A stretch of DNA of 64,000 nucleotides, taken from the NCBI RefSeq assembly GCF_001194135.2, contig NC_068987.1:1471477-1535476 (forward strand), given 5' to 3'. The DNA is from Octopus bimaculoides (Eukaryota). Position numbers and translations under genes: made by a program. The notes under the pieces were generated by a model. It was not told the origin of the DNA, did not search any database, and worked only from the letters and a program-made list of their open reading frames with translations. Positions 53,465 to 64,000 of the stretch are shown one piece after another. The number at the start of each line of letters is the position of its first letter. Positions within the stretch are counted from its first letter, which is position 1.

Positions 53465-53653
53465 TAATATCGAAAAATACCTTAGGAATGACAACCCAGG
53501 CTGGAAATTACCCCAAGACACCTGATGAAGGCTGGAGGGAATAACAGCCGAAACGTTGTGTTAACAACAAACAAGATGAGGACAAATATCTGTCTAATGT
53601 AAATAAAGTCCATAATTCCTCATCTCTGAAATATAGAACTATAATCAGTTCTA
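53093..53653. mobile_element. Head-to-head inverted dimer of the tRNA/hammerhead SINE-like element with candidate 14-bp TSD
   Basis: 5'-truncated minus copy to 53336, full plus copy 53335-53640; TATAATCAGTTCTA at 53093-53106 and 53640-53653. Confidence 0.9.
53517..53562 (+). ncRNA. Minimal type-I hammerhead ribozyme, intact
   Basis: GACAC/GUGUU stem I, CUGAUGA 53522-53528, stem II GGCUG/CAGCC, GAAA 53550, palindromic stem III ACGU, GUU triplet ending 53557. Confidence 0.8.
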
Positions 53654-54010
53654 AATCATTATTTGTATCTCCATTTAAAAGCTATGGCATATATTCTTAT
53701 TCTAATCTCATTCTTATGTCTTGCCTGGAATCTGTGCCGAATATTTAGCAGGATTCCCCACTCGATATGTCCCTTCGTGATCACTTTCAAATCTTCCATA
53801 GAGAGGAAATGGTTTCTAGCTTGTCTTTTTAAAATGGTGGAATCATTGATGAGAAGACTTTGAGTGAAACAACAAATATTGTTCGATGATAATGATTGGT
53901 GAACTTTATTAGTGTTGATGCTTAATTAATTTTTGGATAGAGTCTACAATATACAGGAACTAATGAAAAGAAACAGTGTAGAAAGTCACACAATAATAAG
54001 AGAATTCAAC

Positions 54011-54059
<49 letters not shown>

Positions 54060-54450
54060 TATCCACACATAAAAGTAAATCTTGTGCTAGAACACAGAAT
54101 ATTACGATAATAACTTCTTGTATGGATTTTGATGCGTATAAGCACTCTTGTTTGTAACACTAGCGAGAGACAAGCATATATACTTAAGTATATATATATA
54201 TAAACAAACACGTATGCCTACACATACATACATACATACATACATACATACATACACACTGCAATCTTCAGGCGAGAAGTGTTATTTACATTGTATCTGT
54301 GCCCCATAGAGAACCATCGGAGTGGCGGCCTCTCATCCACGTCGGCTCCGTTTAATTTTTCAATATCATTTTGTTATTATGTTTTTGTGGTTTCCTTTTG
54401 GGTTCCATTTTCTGTAGTCGTCATGAATGAATTACTTTGAGTGTGTGTAT

Positions 54451-54502
<52 letters not shown>

Positions 54503-55369
54503 ATTTGTGTCTGTGTTTATTTGTGTGTGTTCGTGTTTCCGTCTATGTATCTGTGTGCGCGCACGTGTGTGTAGGAATGCTAATACAGTCCAGTGCAACC
54601 AACTGTATTAAGTAAATACAATTTGCTGGAAGGATGAATACTTAGGAAGTATCTGGAGAATAATTACAGGAACAGAATAACTTCAGTAAATATGAGTGCA
54701 ATATGTTTATGTTAAATACACAGATTTTCCCTACAAAATACTAAAATTGCTGCATAACACAAGAGGTTTATGACTCTTATGGAGGCCAATGAAAATCGTA
54801 TTAGCTCGATTCACTAAAAATAGTAGTTATATATTCCTGAAATGTATTTTTCTGCCATATATACTAAATGCGCTAAACGATGAAGAACAATCTCCGTATT
54901 CGCTCGACTTGCAAAACATTGTAGCTAAATATTCCTCAAATCAAATGCTATTGTGTCATATAATAAATATATAAATATCTGATGTATGTATGAGTGTGTA
55001 TGTATGTACGCGTGTGTGTGTATCTATCTGTGTGTATATACCTATAGATATTCGTGTATGTATGTGCATGTGAATGTGTGTATATACGCCAACAGATAAA
55101 CTACGTCCTCTACACTCGATGAACAAAGAAACAACAGCTAATCCTCCTCCAATATACACCCTAATCCTTTTCTACTCCTGACATTTACTGCAAAGTGTGA
55201 GCCTCACCGTTGTCACTCGGAATGCTTTCGATTTAACTCTCCCGTACTTACGACACTGCACCCTGTGGGTGCGACTGGAGTACATTTTATCCTATGACGA
55301 AGTGTTACATCTCAGTGCCTCCCTTAGATACGTTACTTGCCGATATTTACTACCCATTCCATGGCGGCA

Positions 55370-55521
55370 TTTCACCTGGTCTTTTACATTGTGAGTTCAA
55401 ATTCCAAATTCCACTTTACCCTTTCGGGGTCGATAAGGTAACTACTTATTGGACACTGTGAGCGATGTAATCGCCAAGCCCCTGCACCGAAATTGCTGGT
55501 CTTGAACCAAAATTTGAAACC
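55370..55521 (+). mobile_element. SINE (OK/Meta-like), degenerate
   Basis: GAGTTCAAATTCC...CCCTTTCGGGGTCGATAA...CCAAAATTTGAAACC. Confidence 0.75.
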
Positions 55522-56229
55522 GATGTTTTGTTGTTTTCTGCCCCCATGTGTTGTAGTGGGTTATTAGATAAATACTTTAATTTTTTTTTTCTACGTGCAC
55601 TTATTCAAATTTCAAAAACGATAAACACAAGTTATAGAGGAAGAAGGGAGCAAGAAATAAATAAATAAACACTGCACAACGATAAACATATTTTCTGTAT
55701 CAATTCAAGTAACACTGAAAAAGAATTAAATATATGGGGAACCACCCCATTTTTTTGTCTGATGACCCATTGTATATAGCTTATAGAGTGTAGCGCTGAA
55801 CAAGCAGATCTGAACTGGTGTTATGGTTCCGATCACTACCGAGTTGGACGTAGATATGATTATACAGAATACCAGTAATTTCCGACGGGTTTTGCGTTGA
55901 CAATTACAGCAAAATCTTGTTGGCTAAGCAATCAATCGGTTTTTGGTTTCCTAAAATCCTTTCGTCGCTATTCTTAACCTCATCAATAACATGCCCTCTC
56001 ACCTCAATGTCTTCCTTGAGTCTGTCTCAGAATTAGTCTTATGTCTGTGTCTATGTAGATGTGGTTGCTTACAAGAGAAGTTAAGGATGAGCTTATGTGT
56101 GTCTGTGTGCGTGCCTGTGTGTATGAATATGTGTGTGTGCATGTGCGAGTGTGTGATTGAGCGTGTACACTCGAGTGACTTCATGTATGTGTGCGTGCAA
56201 GTATATGGGCATTAACCATCCGTGACCTC

Positions 56230-56620
56230 TTTAACGGCTCTACTTTTGTCTTTTGATTCTTAAAAAGAAAATAAGGAGCGATGTGTGGAGCGCATGACGT
56301 TCCAGGTATGGACCGGTTTTTTTCCATTTATATTTCCTTTGGTAAAATTATCGTTGACATAACTAAACAGACCCCATCTCTTTGTCTTTCAACAAACATA
56401 TTTATCGTAAGAGTGTTATTATCTATAGCTCAAGTTATGATATTTCTCACTTTGTTAATGACGCTCAATAATTTACGACGTCTTAAATAGACATGCAGGG
56501 CATATCACTTGCTGGGAACGCCCACTGTCACAATATCGATTTGTACTTATTCTTCCTTTCCGATACCCAGCCGTATTTCCTATTTTTCAAAGAATTATGA
56601 AATCGTCCAATGTTTGGTAT
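56230..56620 (-). mobile_element. Decayed Penelope-type RT remnant
   Basis: QIDIVTVGVP (cf. QIDGVAMGSP) then SYVNDNF (cf. RYVDD.F) and THRSLFSF*E (cf. H..I.FT.E). Confidence 0.6.
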
Positions 56621-57020
56621 TTTCGTTTATTTTTTTATCTTTTTTATATCATCCGATATATACCAGAATATCAATACTTTCGTCAAATATTCGCAGATTT
56701 CTCTACAAATTCTTCAATATAACAGTGATTCCATTACGCAAAGAATATCAGATTCACTGAACCGTCAAACTGGGAATATTTATACCTCAAGGAATTAACC
56801 GGAGGAATGGAAGCTTACATGCTAGAGTGAATCAGAATACTAGTGGTGGGGACAAATATATTGCATTTAGGTTGAACATGTTATTTTGGTGTAAGGAACC
56901 AAAAGGATGAGGCATCAAGAGAACAGTTTTAGAAAAAGCAACACATTTATTCTCTCTCCTGTCTTATTCTCACTTTTATCTCATTCTGCTACTTACTACC
57001 TCTCTCTATATACTGCTGTG

Positions 57021-57053
<33 letters not shown>

Positions 57054-57243
57054 NNNNNNNNNNNNNNNNNNNNNNNNNNNNNNNNNNNNNNNNNNNNNNN
57101 NNNNNNNNNNNNNNNNNNNNNNNNNNNNNNNNNNNNNNNNNNNNNNNNNNNNNNNNNNNNNNNNNNNNNNNNNNNNNNNNNNNNNNNNNNNNNNNNNNNN
57201 NNNNNNNNNNNNNNNNNNNNNNNNNNNNNNNNNNNNNNNNNNN

Positions 57244-57284
<41 letters not shown>

Positions 57285-57339
57285 ATGTATATATGTATGA
57301 TTGCTATTACCCAAAACCTATTGTGCTATCAATCATTCA

Positions 57340-57760
57340 ACAATTCAATATACCAACGCGTTCGTGACGCGTATCAAAAAGCAGGAAGATGTAGTGTAGT
57401 CGCCATCTTTGATTGGTATCCTTCACAAAATGCATTCATTTAATCAGTTTTAATCCTCATTATCCGCTCGGATTCTGCGATGGGGTGTTCAAAAAGAATT
57501 TGCTATTCTTTCTTCGCTATCTATATACTTTCTACTTACAGTATATATGCCATCTAAACAGTTACAAACTGTTGTATCAGTTAAAAACTGGTAAATGTTA
57601 TGATACAAACTGTCGAGAGGTATGTGAAAATCAGAGTGAAATAAACAGTTGTGGACCGATATTAATTTAACTTTCATCTACTTCGGAGAGAAATTGTAAC
57701 CAAAGTCAATGTTAAATGAAGCAATAATCCAGCAAAAAATTATAGCCGGAAAAGTGGTCC
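57340..57760 (+). mobile_element. Decayed PLE RT remnant
   Basis: DWYPS, SFN..HY and SAMG motifs in RT order across frameshifts. Confidence 0.4.
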
Positions 57761-59829
57761 TGATATAAATAATAATAAAATCAAGAACGATAATGACAAT
57801 AATAACAACTACGAAGACAATCATGATGATGAGGATCAGAATCGCCCGTTGGATGAGTAGATCTTGTGCAGACTCATACAGAGTTCAACGATAACCGACC
57901 AGATATGGGCATCAAGATTTGCATCGAATCTTTTTGTACATTCAAACTGTTTTGACCAAAATATTAATCAGAGGGAATGAAGATGAATTGACACAAGTGG
58001 GATTTCAGACACGGAAATGAGAAAATTATATCAATTATAACAAAACATCAAATCAGCACTCAACACTAACGCATATTGTACCACACGTCTCAATGAACCA
58101 ACACTTGACAACCTTTCTGAAGTGTATCAGGATAAAATTCGTGTATCTTAGTACTCTATATTTTCCATGGCAACACGTGTGATACACTAACTTACCTTAT
58201 CTTCTCATTCCGTACTCGATTTTATATAATGCATATAATTCCATATAATCTACCCTATTCGACCGAGCATATCTCACGCTACAGAGAAATTTTCTTCCTT
58301 CACCCCTATGTGTTACTGGTTCGCATTAAAAACACACTGGTTGTTATTACATAATGTTTTTTTTATTGACATGTTGTCTTTCAAGTCATGTTTGTAAAGG
58401 ACGATCACAACCGTATTCTCTGATGCCATCCACGGAAAATATTCGCTACTTTTCCAAAGATTTTAACAACAAAAGAATCTTCATGGCTATTTGATTTTCT
58501 TGGATTTTTTTTTTTTTTTTTTGTAGTGGGGTATATTGAAATTGTGCTGAAATTACTTCTCCTTCAATAGGTTTGCTTTTGTGGCGTAGAGTTTCCTCAT
58601 CCTTGTCATCTGCATAGAGGTCGGCAACCTACGAAGACAATAAAACTTCGATAAAGTTAGACTTCACTTTTTCGACTTGCACTGTTTGAGCAGATTTCAA
58701 AAAGATTTCTGTAAAACTTGTATAAAAATACATTCAATAAATTATGTCTTTACGCAGTTCACATTTAGTGAAATCCAGAACGACGAAGTATGGCATGAAA
58801 AACACGTCTAGACAGGTCACCAGTCAATAATAATAAAAAGAAGAAGAATAACAACAACAACAATACGTTATTTAGTTAGATACACCCAAGATTAGGAAAC
58901 TGTATTATTATTATTATTATTATTATCATTATTATTAAATTGTTAGTTTTTCGACATAGGAAGTCGTCTCCAAGCACCTCCATACCAAGCACAACAAATT
59001 TGATAATAATAATAATAATAAATGATAGTGATTGTAGGAGAAGATGGAAATTTTTTGTAGCAAAACAAAATATATAAAGCGATAGTCGACTAATATATAT
59101 ATTTGATTATCTAATAAAACGGTGAGAGCTGTAACAGTATTCGGTGTTTTTCCTCCCGAAATTCAATTAATATTTGTCATAAATTAGATGTGGACAGCAT
59201 TATGTCTTCTATCACTGTTACAAAACAAAACAACAACAAAAACAATATCATAAAATAGCAACACAACTTTGTTTTTATTCCTGAGTGCGTACCGTGAATA
59301 ATACTCAGTTCCGTAGGTGAGTGAAGGAGCGTTTCATATGTGTGTGCGTATGCGCTATGTGCATGGGTTTGCGTGTGAGTGTGTGTGTGTCTATATGTGG
59401 GTTTGTGTTCATGTGTTTGCGTGTGTGTGTGTGTGTTTGGTTTGGGGGGAACATTTTTTGTGTGTGTGCGTGAATTAATGTGTGCGGTGTCTAGTGTTCG
59501 CCCATATAACACGCCATAACACTTAAAAGAATAGTTGCCATTGTTTTGAGGCTGAGTTTGGTTCTGTATAATGTAAGGATTCTTTGCCATAAGAAATGCC
59601 ATTTTTAGATGTGAGCTCCATTACTAATTCAATTATCAACAAATAATATAATTTCAAAAGATTCAGCAACGCAATTTTTTTTTTCCTTTCTAAACCATTT
59701 TGTTATGTTTTACCTTTAATCATTATCATTAAACCAAAAATAAAAAGATACAAAGTTCTGGTATTGATAGCTTCAAAATTAATTCTGATTATTATCTTCA
59801 TCAAAGCTAGTACCAATCATTATTGTTAC

Positions 59830-60110
59830 AGGTAGAAAGTGGCGGTGCATGCCCTGCAGTATTCTCTTACGATCTTTTATGTCCGAATTCAAAACACACC
59901 GAGATCAAAACAGAAACAGAAATAAACATACATCTTTATTAATAAGTGGTTCAACTGGCGAAGCCATTTCAACGGAGAGCAACATTCTTTGTGGTATTCG
60001 TTCGGGCAAATCCAAAGATAGATGGTTCGAGAAAATGCGAGCTTTGTCTTAAATTAGGCATACACTTTTCTGCTATAAAATGCTTTCATCACGCATTTAT
60101 GGATTTGTTT
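59830..60110 (+). mobile_element. Possible PLE GIY-YIG C-terminal remnant
   Basis: SEFKT..., ANPKIDGSRKCELCL (cf. Y..GSK.C.LC..EK). Confidence 0.4.
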
Positions 60111-60239
60111 TTCGAAGACTGTCCGTTTATTGTTGTAGTCGACGTAGTCTGTCATTTTTCCAGAAGGATTTTGCCAACGTTGCGATCGCCCGTTTTGTCG
60201 TTGCATTTCACAAAGAATGATTCATGGTTTTAAGACCTT

Positions 60240-60660
60240 TTATTGAAAGGCCATTTATACGTGCGTATGTAACTTTCTTTATCAATTGTCTGGAATAGCC
60301 GTTTTTGATAAGATTTCGGCTTTGTACACCACTAATTTTACGAATTAATGCATGAAGAAAATTAAGACGGCCCAAAAAGAGAGAATCCAATTTGGTGGAT
60401 GAAAACGTGTACAAGAACTTGCTAGAAATCATATTTCTAGCGATTGAAATTTGTTAGAGATACAAAAGTTTACTCAGGAGTAGCAAAAGCCAACGTACTA
60501 TCAGAAGGGAGATAATAAGTAGGCTAAATATTGCTATAAAATAACGAATATTTTTCAAACATAGATTTCTGTCTCTATTTGCAGGATTCCAAAATTTACC
60601 TGCATGAAATTTCTTCAGAGGACGAAGAATGTTGTACAAGTTTTTGAAAGTAAGTTCTTT
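60240..60660 (-). mobile_element. Possible PLE RT-thumb remnant
   Basis: NILRPLKKF and LIKNGYSRQLI (cf. L..NGYP...I). Confidence 0.4.
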
Positions 60661-60842
60661 TACCATCCAATTAAAATATGTATATATTCATGCGAAATTT
60701 TTTCAGCTTTCTTGTTCAAATATTCGAGAACAAACACACACACAAATGATATTATATATATATATATGCATTATATAATATGTATATATATACATAATAT
60801 ATAATGTATATATAACATGTAATATTATATATGTGTGTATAA

Positions 60843-60893
<51 letters not shown>

Positions 60894-61332
60894 TTATGCA
60901 AATTTTTTTCAGATTTATTCATCAAAATAGTCGAACAGATACATATACGAATTTTTAAACATATATAAGTGTTGTGTGTGTATGTGTATTTGTGTGTTTA
61001 ATATATACCGTATTTTTATATGTGAGCATATATTATAACAGGTAGATATGTGTTGGTATGTTTGTGTGTGTGTATATATATAACTATATTTTCACTCTCC
61101 ATGAATCCCAAATTTTATTGTGGTACTTATTGGAGCAAATGTTTTCGAAGACTTATATTGTCTTTCAATGCTCGAAATGAGGAGTAGATAGACAGCCGAC
61201 AACTGATGAAGGGTCGTTCTTTATGTTACATGTGCTGTTTTCCATTTGTTTCTCTCGTTGTTTGCGTACTGAACTCATTCATTTTCGTATTTCATGTTGG
61301 TTACTGTTGGTGACGTTCTGTACCCATATATG

Positions 61333-61374
<42 letters not shown>

Positions 61375-61934
61375 TGAGGTGTTAAAAGGAAACGGGCTGG
61401 TGACCGTTGTTCTAAAGTTAACGTTGAATTTTTTCCGTGAGACAGTCTTAGAGATGCTACGAAAATGCAAATTCGTTAAGAAATATACTAAACGTGAATG
61501 AAAGTTATTTGTTTGTTCTGAAATCTTAAAAAAAATACCAGGATGTAATTGTTGTAATTTCTGAAGAAACTGCTAGATCAAATCACTCACCACACGTGGA
61601 AGAAAAAAATGTGGAAATATTGAACAGTGCATCTAATGAATATCTTAACACTGACTTCTTTATTTCCCTTATCTGGTGCATATATTTAATTACAGATTTA
61701 TTTCTAATTAGTTCTCTAATGAGCTAATTATATATGTAAACAATCACTCATCTATGTCTGTATCAGTATATCTATGCTTGAACTTTTGTCTCTCTCGTTA
61801 GCTTTTTTCTGCTGCTCCCTGTATTAAATACATTAGCTATGACATACATAACTACTTAAGCCCGCACTGGCTTATCGATTGCAACACGCCTATTTCTAGT
61901 TACCTATGTAATACCGACCGAGTATAATGTTAAC

Positions 61935-61935
<1 letters not shown>

Positions 61936-61978
<43 letters not shown>

Positions 61979-62160
61979 GCTTTTCATTCTTTCTTTTTTC
62001 TTTCGTTTTTTCTTTCTTCCGTTCTATCTATCAATCTACGCATCTGTCTGTCTATCTTTCTTCCTTTCTTTCTGTCTTTCGTTCTGTCTATCTATTTATC
62101 TGTCTGTCAGACTGTCTGCCTGCCTGTCTGTCTCTCTGTCTGTGTATCTATCAGTATATG
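61936..62160. repeat. (TCTA)n/(TTTC)n/(TCTG)n compound microsatellite
   Basis: Direct inspection. Confidence 0.9.
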
Positions 62161-62208
62161 CCTCTAACGCTTATAAATTTGTATTTATGAATACACAAAC
62201 ATCTTTGT

Positions 62209-62239
<31 letters not shown>

Positions 62240-63407
62240 CAGACACACACATATATATATATATCTTGGTGTATGTGTGTCCTCATATATATGTGAATCT
62301 ATTTATTAATATATGCGCATATACGTATATGCATACGTGTATATATGCTGTGTGTGTATATCTGTATGTATGCTTTGCATCTATATTTCACCCCAATTCC
62401 TATAATCCTCTACTTTCGCCAAAGCAATAACACCAACTTCACTGTACAACTCTTTATCACGCAGCGTAAAGAGCATGTACGTGCCAAATAGAGCTGCTTG
62501 AAATAGCTACCAAAACGTCCGTAAGAGGAAGGACACGTTAGATTATATAGTCCTAGGTTCATTGTGTCTAAATAAGAAAGCCTTGCATTCCAGTGGCAAT
62601 TTATAATTCCACTCAATGCCATTCGCTTTATATTATCATACCACGCTTGTCTGTGTGTTGTGCGTTTATTAATGTGTGTTTTTCTGTGTGTGTATATATT
62701 TAAGTGTGTTTCTGCAGGTGTGTGTGTGTGTGCGCGTGTATGTGTGTATGCACGAGTGTGTATTCGTGATTTTGTGTAAGTGTATTCGAAGGTTTAGCTC
62801 TTAGGAGATCAATACACTCACTTGATTGATTGGCGTTAATAAATTGATATCAGAGATGATTCCATCCGTGATAATTAACCAGTATTAACCCCCCTTAGGT
62901 TACTTTATAAATAAATATAACCACTGACCCTTACAGTCATTGGGACTGATAAAATGTAACCTATGAAGTATAACAACAACATTGTAGACCCAAAGGGGCG
63001 TTCGATCTTCGGCCTAAATGAAACCTCATTCCTCAATTATTGGCTTTAAAAAGAATAAAATCAAGACTGTCTAAATATTACGCATTATTTTTATGGTTTA
63101 CTTTTATCATCACAGTTTAAACACAGGAGAGAACGAATCAGGCTCATATCGTATTTTACGATCTCCAAGACTTGGTGGTTTGAATAGAGGAAGGTGTTAT
63201 TAAACCGAAGATTTCACCTGAAAGTATACAAAGTGCTGGATTCTCTTGAAGGCAACAATGGCTCGGGTGGAGTGCTGCACCGAACAATGAATCAAGGCAC
63301 AGCCCAAATCTGGTTCAATCTCTCCTTCTTTTCTCTACTTGAAATTTTGCTGACAATTATTTGGGTTGACCCAGATTCAGTAGTGAGAACACTTGTTCCA
63401 TTTGGAG

Positions 63408-63470
63408 CGTAGAAACATCGAACTCGAAACCTTGGAGTTAAAATGTAGGTCTCTTACCCATCTGAACTAA
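63408..63470 (-). mobile_element. Degenerate tRNA-like SINE head
   Basis: Reverse complement TTAGTTCAGATGGGTAAGAG...GAGTTCGAT (A- and B-box-like). Confidence 0.4.
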
Positions 63471-64000
63471 ATCTAACCTCAAAATAATAACGAAATAAAA
63501 CTATTGCTCGGCAAGATTAATGAAATCTCTATGATTCTAATGAGAAGTCAATCGTAAATGTAGAATGCCATGTGAGCAAATGAGAATTTTCATTGTTGTT
63601 CAAGTTTGCTCATCAGATATTCTTTCTATTAATGCGTGTAGCAGACGACATTTACGACGACGGCGACGTCGACAACAAAAACAAAAACAACTCACACAAA
63701 TGATTTAATAGTAAAATGTAACGTCTGCCAAATCTACCATACATAGCTAGTCATTACTTCATTTTTTATTACTGTTATTTTCTTTTTTTATTTGCCAACA
63801 TTTTGAAATGCTGTTATCAAAGTCGTGTGTTTATTTAACACGTAATTGTCACAAAGATAATTTTCAGACTCATTGTTACACAATATTTAAAATATTTTTC
63901 ACAATTTTATTTTCTATATTTAACAAGATAAATTCATCAGATCTATAACTTAGAATATTAATTTGCTTTTTTTACTTTTAAACAATTTTTTACGCCACTA

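Overview
AT-rich eukaryotic genomic DNA, dense in microsatellites and broken by about 15 N-gaps. The SINE and LINE fragments resemble repeat families I recall from octopus/cephalopod genomes (an inference, not a database result). Most of the supplied ORF track is (TA)n/(CA)n/N artefact. One convincing host exon (3494-3806, +) encodes an unnamed Cys/Trp-rich domain, and there are a few weak signal-peptide or exon candidates. The rest is transposon debris: about 13 tRNA-derived SINE copies, a mariner fragment, LINE fragments, a hAT-like MITE, and about 8 decayed Penelope-like element (PLE) RT or GIY-YIG remnants. The most interesting signal is at least four sequence-distinct families of minimal type-I hammerhead ribozyme (HHR) motifs, often in divergent inverted pairs. 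One is a SINE-like element built of a Pol III tRNA head, an (AAT)n linker and a PLE-type HHR tail. It occurs as 6 full or partial copies, including two head-to-head dimers, one flanked by a 14-bp direct repeat. This is a candidate PLE-mobilised, ribozyme-bearing SINE.
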